Shown here: one piece after another, positions 55,401 through 64,000 of the stretch | Numbering within the stretch: the stretch's first letter is position 1 | How the letters are laid out: each line of letters starts with the position of its first letter | Assembly: GCA_973895155.1 (NCBI GenBank) | Contig: OZ316891.1 | Location: 4,371,508 to 4,435,507 of the forward strand | Direction of reading: 5' to 3' | DNA length: 64,000 nucleotides | From: Marsupella aquatica | Lineage: Eukaryota > Plantae > Marchantiophyta | Made by a program: the position numbers and the translations under genes | The notes under the pieces: generated by a model | What the model was told of the DNA's origin: nothing | Database searches by the model: none | What the model saw: the letters and a program-made list of their open reading frames with translations, nothing else

Positions 55401-57051
55401 GATGAACCAGATGGAGTCTGTCATCATTGCAGAGCTCGACAAGGAGCTAAGAGCAACCCAGGAGGAGAGGGCTACCTTGAAGAAGGAATTGGAGGAAGCC
55501 CACAGGGAGCAGGAGGAGGCCAAAAACGAGCTGGAGGGGGCACGTAAGGACCTGGATGAAACCCAAGAGGAGTTGGAGGAAATCACGAGGAAGATGGAGA
55601 ACCTACAGCGGCGGGCCGACAACCAAACAGAGCGGCTGAAGAAACAAGCCGCAGTATTTAAATGCTTAGCTGCAGCAGGTCCATCTCCCGTTGGGACAAA
55701 CCAGTTACCAGGGGTGGTAATTGCCGAAGGACAAGCCGCGTCAACTGCACCAGTGCCGGAAGTAAGTGGGAAGGGGAAGGGACCAGCTGCCGAGCCACCA
55801 ACGAAGAAGAAGCGGAAACCTCCAGGGTCAAGGAGTAATACGACTTCACAGGCCGTGGTGATCAAGGAGGTAGACCCAGCACCGACCCCAGACAGGGTCA
55901 CGGCTAAGGATCCAACTACCCTAGGGGAAGGGGAGGCCGAAGCCGTGGGAGTGGCTGAGGCCGAAGCCGTGGGTATTGCCGAGGCCGGTGTCGAGGTTGA
56001 AGCCGAAGGTGGACCCAGTCAGGCCGATGGAGAGTTGACTCGGTCAAGGGCAGGTAATCTGTCAGTAGGCGGGCCAACGGCAGTGGCTGAGGAGGAAGTG
56101 TTGGGGGCGTCCATTGAGGATCCACCACCGGTGTCATGACGGTGCAAGGGCGCCGTTCCTTTTAGGGAGGGCGGACGTGGAGGGAGGAGGCGTGAGTGGG
56201 CAGGGCGGGCGCGGATCTCCACGTTTAGGATTAGGATCAGAACCAGGAGCGGCCCTGACACTTAGCTTAGTGGGATTGCGGTCCCACTGGTAGGAGCAAC
56301 ACTTGTGCTCCTGCCTTGCTGTACATAGGTAGATTCGGGCAAGTAGATTACTGTCAGGTAGATTAGGCTTACGATGCAAAGAATGGCGGATCCACTACCA
56401 GGATAAGTACCTGGGCAGCGGGGAGCTCAGGGCCTCTTCTTTAGCAAGTTTTTAGTTTGCACCAGCCGGGCTGGGATCAAGTAGTACGAGAAGCTCTCGG
56501 TTAGTCATACAGTGACCCTTGTGTATATTCATGTTTCCTCATGCCTAAGAGCTGAATAGAGTTGGCCTCACGGCTTAGTTCGCAGAACTTGTGTATGAGA
56601 TGTACTGTTTGTATGGCAAGTGCATGGTATGACTCAGTCAGAATGAGTCATTTTGCTATTTGTGTGTCGCATTAACTTGTGTGAAGAGTGCCCACATCAA
56701 CAGAAGGAAGGAAAGTAAGCAGGGGAGTGAGAGTTGGATGTGTCGAGCTGAGAGAGGTCTTAGCGGCTTAACCAAGCCTATTGGGGATCATTCCGGCGGC
56801 GGAATCCAAACATACCTAACAGGAAGACAGGGGAAGACAGGGGAAGGCCTATATTAGGCCGGCTACGTATCTCATGACCCGATGAAGGATCTGTCCAGTA
56901 TATGTGTGTAAAATGTTAATAGTAGTAGTAGAAGGTTAGCAGCGTCCCATGCCGCTAAGCCGCGGAAACGGCCTCGCCAAGCACGAAACCTGCGGGAATC
57001 GGCTTGAGCTGGGGGGTTTCTTGGGTTTAGGGAGCCATGGGACGCACCACA
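52425..57051 (+). repeat. Inferred 3' LTR of family B (4627 bp) containing the accessory ORF
   Basis: Starts TGTGAT right after GGGGAGCTA, at the same position in the pol C-terminus (ELCD) as the proven LTR start of family A. Only the last 621 bp can be confirmed as repeated in this window. Confidence 0.7.
52501..56139 (+). CDS. Accessory protein of family B (open frame 1212 codons, likely ATG at 52798 giving 1113 aa): plant-transposon domain, Pro/acidic linker, long coiled coil, NLS-like KKKRK
   Basis: Uninterrupted 3.6-kb frame containing SGLEAFVRLPW...LLEFVGSW...IYGKDFYLTPKVIAEVFGLP and a heptad region at about 54880-55650. Homologs lie at 21680 and 63018. ATG 52798 aligns with ATG 21680. 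Confidence 0.85.
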   Translation: MTKQGKYKQLGATMEPGQRPEVRLRVKTRLGLGRVKRRRLGRINGKKDRQRRGVRSACRRWWLICEHELGRRLREANYCQLLRQALGERVDTDDQPKEGMSNVNQAAHFWGCLFERATEYIKTYEDEESERAARERQELARLWELQKTAFLGGELIKDEFLWTPTSNQLDDLLFCKDSVVGIREAIKNCNDIHWELKGSTERWTQATVLGETSTAAEMKRKGAVNDEATPAKRTRSAAPKKPAEQQSRRQGEAEEEEVDPIKAIPTRDDTWKGWAATLPVEVQLHFAREEDACFTAMQTKKYQGFMAGSGLEAFVRLPWLKPEVLESDLLEFVGSWEPETNCTRIYGKDFYLTPKVIAEVFGLPIGNKTKVDTRKTLPDKEFRSFPGPSTKNGFFRNTCTNPHIGEMIDFLRVTMHCNLPRAEIGKAQVYLAERPDPSRDYNGYLLNQLKKILKEEQQVIGMGSVSRLGYHMPLLCRYARSQTFAPVLPLQVRAPEEAPTPRPLAEKPQPPVSPTIEQVFRPRKEDLPMQQPGMQSLLKLLEKEKKSASATTTATATMQDTTTEVGLHRLTRENPFAGDKERIRPESKPGVRMYVGTSSSESEAELPEAPTDEEEREKPDIQEVEEAVEDCSHDNSGYGSDHHVPGVRTCGRFVPTLPRVVRGDPNQQSSPESPPPDVAPPSFDGIKQTVQEFQERIKQEEEVALAKEKDLPGGDWPEDIRRLAEKGSKPLATIEEIRRTAWEQRPRWAMPITSTYSTYAKNRAMEYGEMCGELALGIFGEELEIGPFFHREQLEKHQLEEAVALERSKKDEVIRRLRRMGAEIEDLRAAKKAQDELRIKRHELNIMQGQLDTAQADNQNIKDKLTQTQEELADTIKEREKWKQELKNTEEAHITANSRAMAETQRKEWALKGELEKIRGALEQKEVELGKSYQGIMALQQELASLTASFKADLREKDEMLEQTYAKMNQMESVIIAELDKELRATQEERATLKKELEEAHREQEEAKNELEGARKDLDETQEELEEITRKMENLQRRADNQTERLKKQAAVFKCLAAAGPSPVGTNQLPGVVIAEGQAASTAPVPEVSGKGKGPAAEPPTKKKRKPPGSRSNTTSQAVVIKEVDPAPTPDRVTAKDPTTLGEGEAEAVGVAEAEAVGIAEAGVEVEAEGGPSQADGELTRSRAGNLSVGGPTAVAEEEVLGASIEDPPPVS

Positions 57052-59065
57052 ACTCCATACTACTACAATGAATTTTTGCAATCTCTTCATATGACTTTGA
57101 AATGTGTTTACTTCTTGTAGCCCAAATTTTGTAATTGTTGTATTCAATGCCCTAATTTCTGAATTGTGTGTCCACTGCAGGAACTACTCATTAACCATTG
57201 TCTAGATCCCATGCACTGTGAGAAGAATCTTGCACACAACATTGTGCACACTATCATTGGGACCAAGGACACTCCTTCTGTGCGAGAAGACCTGAAGCTC
57301 TTACAGGTGCGCCAACACCTATGGCTTGTACCCAATCCAGCTCCCAAGCGTAACGATGACAAATTGTTGATGCCCCCAGCCCCATATTGCCTGAGCAAGA
57401 AGGAAAGAACAAGGTTCTTGGAGGTGTTATTGACCTTAAAAGGACCCACTGGTTTTTCAAGTTCTTTGGCAAAGTGTGTTACAAATCCAAGAAACTCTCT
57501 GGGTTGAAATCACATGATTTCCACCAACTCATGCAACAGATTCTCCCTCTGGCAACAATGGGATTACTTGATGAAGGGGTTTGCTTGGCCATAGCTGGGA
57601 TGAGCAATATCTATCGCCAGATATGTACGAAGGTGTGGGACCCTTCAATGTATGAGAATTTGATGATGGATGTTGCATTCCCTCTCTGCATTGTGGAAAT
57701 CCATTTTCCACCAAGCTTCTTTGATGTCATGACCCATTTAATGATTCACCTAGTGGAGGAATTAGACTTGTGTGGCCCAGTTACAGGCAGATGGATGTAC
57801 CCAATAGAGAGGAACCTGAAGGTATTGAAGGGTTATGTACGAAACAAGGCACGTCCAGAGGCTTCTATGGCTGAAGGCTATGTTTTAGATGAGTCTTTGG
57901 GATTCCTTTCTGAATACATGATTGATGCTAAGGGAGAGGGAAAACAAACCCGGGAGTTGGAGGAGGATGCTGGCGTTGCAAGCATTGTCTTGGAAGGGGC
58001 TGCAAAGGAGATAACTTTGAATTGGTCTGAAATGATGGCCATGCATCATTATATATTGGAGAATGAAGAGACAGTGGCTCCATGGTATGTCAGGTATGTA
58101 AACCCTGTACCATATGGATCATAAGTATGCTGCCCCATTGTGTTTGTATATTCATGGTGGATCATGCACTAATGTCTTGAGTGTTGTTGTTGCCATGTAG
58201 GATATATGATGCTACCAATGAGACTGTTACCAAACGAAGAGTGGATTTCCGGAAGGAATGGATGAGGAAGCCTGCCAATCGAAGAAAACCAGTGGAATTT
58301 CCCCTTGACTGCCAAGAATTGCCACCTTTCAGGGAATGGTTTCAAACATTAGTCAATACCCATAATTTTGAGACAGAGTCTGAGCGGTCATTACTATCTG
58401 CATACTCCACACCACCTAGTTTGAAGGCACGACTGTATAGGGCATGTAGAGCCTATGGGCATCACTGGAGGACTATTCCATCCTTGGGGTGTTTGAGTGA
58501 TTGTGATTCTGGTGCATTCAACACTTTTGATTCTGGGATGGCTTCGACGTTCACTGAGAAGCGGGTGGACAGGTCTGGCGCAACTAGAGAAGAATCTGTA
58601 CAGTATGTAGGGGCCTTGACAGATATCTTAGTACTAAATTACGACAGCTTGAGGAAAGAGGTGATTCTTTTCAAAGGGAAATGGGCAGATCCATCATGGA
58701 CTCCTAAATCCTCTGCCAGTATGAGGTATTCTGAGTCTGGTCTTTGGCAGGTGAATTTCCATAGAGAATTGGGTGTGTCCAAGAAAATGGATTACGTTTT
58801 CCCAAAGCAAGTGGAGCAAGTTTTCTTCCACCCCAATGAGAAGGGGATAGCATGGAGAACAATCCTCCACAAAGAATCCAGGTCCACAAGGGTGTTAGGT
58901 GATTACACAGATGTTGATTTCCATGCTACAATGGAAAACAATGCCAAATTACACATTGAATTGGCTAAAGCCTGTAGGACTAGAGCAAATCCAGGACCAA
59001 GTACTGGTCCCAAACGAGGTAGAGATGCAGAGGGATCTGCAAGAAAGGGTAGGCCTAAGCAGTGA
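57052..59065 (+). pseudogene. CACTA (En/Spm) Tnp2/TnpD transposase, 3' part, frameshifted, 5' part missing
   Basis: HCLDPMHCEKN, LSGLKSHDFHQLMQQILP, FPPSFFDVMTHLMIHLVEE, GPVTGRWMYPIER, NKARPEASMAEGY and YVFPKQVEQVFF (DUF4218/DUF4216-type). There is a frame change near 57490 and probable introns. Confidence 0.9.
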
Positions 59066-59149
59066 ATAGGTTTTAGGTGTGTGAAGTCCATAGATGGACT
59101 ACATGTATGGACTATATATGAAATCAGACTAATGTTTTGCCCATTTGTG

Positions 59150-62110
59150 CAGTTGGTGAATGCAGCCTGTGAAAGGAAGATTGCAGGGGTTGTCACATCC
59201 TGTGAATGCTTATGAGAAGGCCCGAAAGCGGAACATAGAGCATAATGTCAGCATTATGCGTGATCTAGGACTGGGGCCAGATTGCATGCTGATGTGTGTG
59301 TTAAAATGTTTGTTGCAAATTTGATTCAGTAGATATATGGAGTTGTCAGGTTCATGTTCTGTTTTCATATTCCAGATTGGTCTCATACTAGTATGGAACC
59401 TGTACATAAGTACCATTATTACTGTGTTGTAGATTCTGCTTGCATGTATGTTTGATCTGCATTGGTGTATGTTGATGATTGCTTTGTTCCTTAGAGACCC
59501 AACCACACATGTACAACGACAGAGAGAAAAGCCTGCATTGGTGAAAGGTACTTCAACTGGAACATTGCCAAAGAGGAGGAGCTCTAGACTATCACAAGTT
59601 ACGGAGGTGAACATGGCAGAGTCTGGTGATGATGGCTATGCCAGTGCTGGGTATGACACTGAGGATTCTGACATTGGAGGGTCAGAACCTAAGAGTGAAC
59701 AACAGGTAATGCTTGAACTTCATCATCCTAAACCCTAAATCCTTGTCCTTGTTTCAAAGTATTTGTTAATATGCCTACGTTGTCCATGATGTAGGTACAG
59801 AAACAAAATTGTGGTCCTAAGAAGACTGGGCCTGGTAGAGGTGGGCTGGTGAGATGTTGGAAAGACCCAAACACTTGACTGTTATATGAAAGTGAGTGGA
59901 TTGTACTGATATACCTTTTCAGTGTGTTTGGAAGTTGATATTCTACATTTTCCTAAAATTCATTGAAGTGCTTGGCGGTGTGTGTTTGTTTAGTGGTTCC
60001 ATCAACATCTGAAGGCAGATCAGGTCAATTTGACGTACTATATTCCAGAGGATCTTCAGGTAATACAAATCTGCTCGTCATGCATATGCAAGTGCATTTG
60101 CTCAACTTTTCAATGCACATATTTTCTGAGTGAAAGCATGTGTGTGCATTGCAGGCGGGGCCTCTGAGATGCGCAGGGAATGAAGGCATGCTAAGAAGAT
60201 GTTTGATAATGCTGCCAAAGTACGAAGGAATCAGGGAGATTTGCCCAAACACATTAAAGTGAGTATTGTACTTTTTTTGAATGTAGATTTAGACATAGAT
60301 CCTCTCTGTTTTTGTGTGTATAAAACCTGGACTATGCATAAATTCCAGAGTTATGAATTGACATTGCACGTGAAATGCAGATTTATGACAATGATATTGA
60401 TGATTCTGATCCCAACAAACAGTACTGGTTGGAGGAACTTCGTGGCAATGTACTCAGAATCTTTGATGTATCAAAGCCAAAATGGACTGATCATCCACGA
60501 GTTCATATAACCAGTGTGTGGAAGAACATGGCAGCTGAGTGGAAGTACGTGGGTGGGGAATTTATTGACAACAAATTCCAGAGTCATTGTCGTGGCATAT
60601 TGAAGAGAGAGCGCCATAAATGCATGTTTACTGGAAGAAAGTTTGCAATGAGGATCCAACCAAACCTGGGCCATCTGGTGTTGATCCAAAGAAATGGGCA
60701 GCTTTGGTATCTCATTTCACCAGTCCAGCATTGATATCTTTGAGTAAACAGATGACTGATAAAAGAGCATGAGTGCAAGATACCAATCACTTTGGTAGAG
60801 GAGGGCATGCTGCAGCAGCAAAGAGAATGGTAAGCTGTCTATATCATTTTCACTATCAATTCTGTCTTGTTTGTGAATCTTGATAAAAACAGACTTTGAG
60901 TTTCTCATTCATTGTGTGTTTGAACAGAAGCAAAAGAGAGGATCAAGCCCAGGTATATCTGACCTGAAAGAAAACCTTGGTAGTCAGGGTTCATTGCCAA
61001 AGGTGACAATGAGCCCATCATTGGCAAGTGCAGAAGGTCAGACTGGTAGTTTTTTGGTGAGCAAAGGTGAGTCATTGGCAAGTGGGGAGGGTAAAAGTGC
61101 TAGCTTACTGGGGCAAGGATACAGACATGGATCAGCTGTGAGTATTGCCATTCCAATCTGATTTGTACATCATTTTCCATTTGATAGAGTGTTGTGTCGT
61201 TTGTTAGTTTGACAATGAGAATGTTGTGTTGGTTTGTGGTTCATTTACAGACCCCACATTCAAAAGAAGAGATCACTACCATTGGGGCTGTCAAATTGGA
61301 TGTCGATGAGTTGAAAGGCATTGTGAAGGAGTTGACAAACATGATGACTATATGGATGGCACATCACTCCAGTAATGCACAAGTTCCAACATTTGTTCCT
61401 AGTCACAGTAAGTTGACTACAGCTACCAAAGAAGGTAGTAGAAAACGATCTCTTACTTTTTCAGGTGATAATGGAGGTAAAATTCTCTATCATCTATTCA
61501 CTGTCCATTCAATGTAATTATTGTGGTGTATATATGTCATTGTATGTTTATAATGTTCTTGCATGTTCTAGTGTGATTATATGTTGCTGGTGTATACATG
61601 TTTGTTTATGCATTTCTCTTGTGTGTGTTTTATGACAGCATCTTTAGGGGAGCCTCCAGTGTCGCAAGGAAGACCAACTGACACAGCTAACAGTACTCTG
61701 AAGCAAACTGAATTGGAAGTGAACCTTTTGCCATCTAAGTTGCCCAAAGAAGCCATTTTAGATGCCTTTCAGTTGCCAGAGGATAAGTCGACTCAGTTGA
61801 CACCAAATGTAACCCCAGAATCATCTGAGTTGCCAAAAGAAACTCCTGTTCCAAGTGAGCATGATGACACTCCATCAACTAGAAAGGGAAAGAAGAAAAG
61901 GAAGAAAGGATCTTCAGCAAATGCATCACCTGCATAGAAAAAACCAATGCAGTCTCCTAACCCCATTGCAAAGGTAAATGTGTGTTTGATTTGAGTGTTC
62001 TTCTATCTTTCAATTTCTGTTTATTGCATTTTTAACAAAATGTGTTGTTCACAGTTTGCAAGAGGAGATTTGGTGAAGATGAAGAGCGTTGTGGACAATT
62101 CCATGATAGT
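59150..62110 (+). pseudogene. Probable second, intron-rich gene of the CACTA element (TnpA-like / unknown), interrupted at 62111
   Basis: Short exon-like blocks (AYEKARKRNIEHN, WLEELRGNVLRIFDVSKPKW, GILKRERHK, VKLDVDELKGIVKEL) are separated by T-rich GT-AG intron-like stretches directly downstream of the transposase. Confidence 0.5.
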
Positions 62111-64000
62111 TGTGGCACGTTTCCCAAGACCTCTAACCCCAAGAACTACCCTCAACCGATCGTAAACCACTTGTTTATGTCCGTCCTCTTGCCTTATGGC
62201 AGCTATTCGGCTTGGAAATGTGATACTCTCCTTCGATCCACACTTACCGGACCGATTCTTTCACTGGGCTTGTGAATTGTGCACAACTGAGACACCTAAT
62301 TCCTCTTTAACTTCTTCAGGTATATTTGTATTCCGCCCCCGGAATGTACCTCTACAACTTAATTTCTTAAGCCGGCTGAAGGTCTTTTTCAGACTGACTC
62401 AACCCACACTTCACCGACTAGCACTCTCAATCCTCACTTTTCTCTCAGAGTTTGATTGGGCAGTCTCCAATCAGGACAATGCAATTGTATTTTGCTCAAC
62501 AGTTCACCCTATCTGACTTAAATCGATCAAGCAACAGATATCATAACACTCAATTTCTTGGATGGCAAGAATCTGCGAACTATGCAACGAGGCCAACTCA
62601 ATTCAAACAATTGCTCAAAAATCCAAGGGAACTGGTGGTTTACTGATACCCTGCGGTCTAGATTTAGCCGAGAGCTTCCTATGCTCACAACAATACAGAT
62701 TAACACTAAAGCCTTGACTAAGAAAAAGCCCTCGAAGCCACGCTACCCAGGTTTTTATCCTTGCAGCGCGTCCAGGGACAAACAACGGAAATCCTAACCA
62801 CCACACACGGCCTTCCACCGCGATAATCCTACCAAAAAACTATCACCTCAAAACTTGAATAGCCCGGAACCCTGTGTGAACCGAGCATCTACTACTACCT
62901 AAGCCGACAGGGCGCTACTTGCCCTGTCCCATCCTACAACGGCCGCGCCCTTCTGGCCCAAGCCCTTCTCCTACCGCCACGTCCTCCTTCCAACCGATGA
63001 CTGGCCCTCCTTAATTGTCAGATGACCGGGTGTAAGTCCGAATCTTCCGACTCTGCACCTTCTCCTGCCATCGGCCCCAGCCTGACCCCTTCGGCTTCCT
63101 CGACTTTGGGTTCTGGTTTGTCGGCCCCGGCCTCGGCCTCAGTCTCGGCATCCGCATCCTCCTGGGAAACGGCTTGGAGAGCCTTTGCCTTAACTTCCTC
63201 AATCCAAGCCTTTTCCCCGATGTGCTCGGTCTCGATAACCCATGGTTTCACGTTCTGTGCGTCCATAGAAGCAGTACCATCATCTAAACCTGTTACTGCA
63301 GCTCCAAGTTGATCCACAGTACTTACCTCTACCACTGCTGCCTTCAGGGCCACAGTACCACAAATGTGAGCGGCCATACTCTCAACTTCCTCCGGAGTGG
63401 CTTTAAGGGCCTTAACTTTATTATCGCTTGGCCCCATGAACGTCTTTGCCAAGTTTGCCACCAACTGCATGGCTTTGCCCTCAGTCACGCTTGTCAACAG
63501 GGAGCTTGGCTTCGGCTTCGGCTTCACTATATTTCTACCTACCATACTACTGACGGGAAGCCTTTCAGTTGGTGACCCATATCCCGCTTTGGCATACTTC
63601 TTTAATTTCTGCGTTTGATTGTCGGCACGCCTCTGCAACCCGATCATCTTATCCTTGGCCTCCTCCAGTTCCTGAGATACGTCTTCAACTTCATCGTTAA
63701 GCCATAGTATTTCGGCCCTGGCCATCTTCAACTCCTCATTTAAGATCTGCACGATCTCCAACTCTTGCTTATCTCCAGCTGCTTTCAAGGAGTCGTTGAT
63801 ACCTTTCAGTTTTGTAACCTCGTTCGTCCATGCCTGCTTTGTCCTGGTTAGCTCCTCCTGAAGCTCCTTGCGTATCTGTTGAACCCGGTTTAGGTGATCA
63901 TTGGCCACTGTGCACATGGCGTCATCATGCTTCTCACGCATGGCCTCCAACCGGTCGAGTAACTTATCATACTTCCTTTGGGCTTATGCCAAGGCCTTTG
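62111..64000 (-). mobile_element. 3' portion of an LTR of a further family related to B, continuing beyond the window
   Basis: TGTGGCACGTTTCCCAAGACCTCTAACCCCAAGAACTACCCTCAACCGAT resembles the reverse complement of the family B LTR end (TGTGGTGCGTCCCATGGCTCCCTAAACCCAAGAAACCCCCCAGCTCAAGCCGAT). A homologous ORF ends about 0.9 kb inside, as in family B. Confidence 0.75.
63018..63950 (-). pseudogene. C-terminal coiled-coil part of the accessory ORF homologous to 52501..56139
   Basis: EDVSQELEEAKDKMIGLQRRADNQTQKLKK aligns with DETQEELEEITRKMENLQRRADNQTERLKK. An in-frame TAA lies just upstream near 63985. Confidence 0.75.

Larger units (their letters stand above)
45590..57051 (+). mobile_element. 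Athila-like Ty3/gypsy retrotransposon family B, with the 5' LTR truncated at the junction with family A
   Basis: 45590-46200 matches 56431-57051 (one substitution and one 10-bp duplication seen). Both copies end CACCACA. PBS at 46205, gag-pol homologous to family A, and PPT plus TGTGAT at 52412-52430. Confidence 0.92.

Noticed and set aside
31784-56139. Calling the accessory ORFs envelope genes
   Set aside because: No signal peptide or clear transmembrane stretch is visible, and the proteins are charged, coiled-coil and carry NLS-like motifs.
56420-56440. GGGGAGCT before 56431 as the true PPT of a short 621-bp LTR
   Set aside because: The repeat would start GGCCT rather than TG, no TSD results, and the boundary is explained by the family A junction. 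It cannot be fully excluded without other copies.

Overview
Repeat-dense land-plant nuclear DNA, probably from a non-seed plant (inferred from the transposon types). It holds one intact host gene, a 4-exon YUCCA flavin monooxygenase (9811-11350, +), downstream of nested tandem repeats. The rest is nested transposons: small TIR elements, a non-autonomous CACTA, two decayed CMC/CACTA transposases, a decayed Ty1/copia element (23167-30204, TSD GGGAG), a pseudogenised transposon ORF spliceable to a SNF2 ATPase fragment, and four related Athila-like Ty3/gypsy elements or LTRs. The main observation is that these Ty3 elements carry their large accessory gene inside the LTR. The element at 30673-45589 has an intact 2132-aa gag-pol and near-identical 4.1-4.2 kb LTRs, each encoding a complete 618-aa protein. 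A sister family (45590-57051) has an inferred 4.6 kb 3' LTR holding a 1113-1212-aa ORF. Two further LTR remnants (from 21126 and from 62111) carry homologous ORFs. In both elements with a visible pol, the polypurine tract sits in the last integrase codons. All three visible LTR starts form a sequence-divergent terminal hairpin. All alignments were made by eye, and domain names need HMM confirmation.
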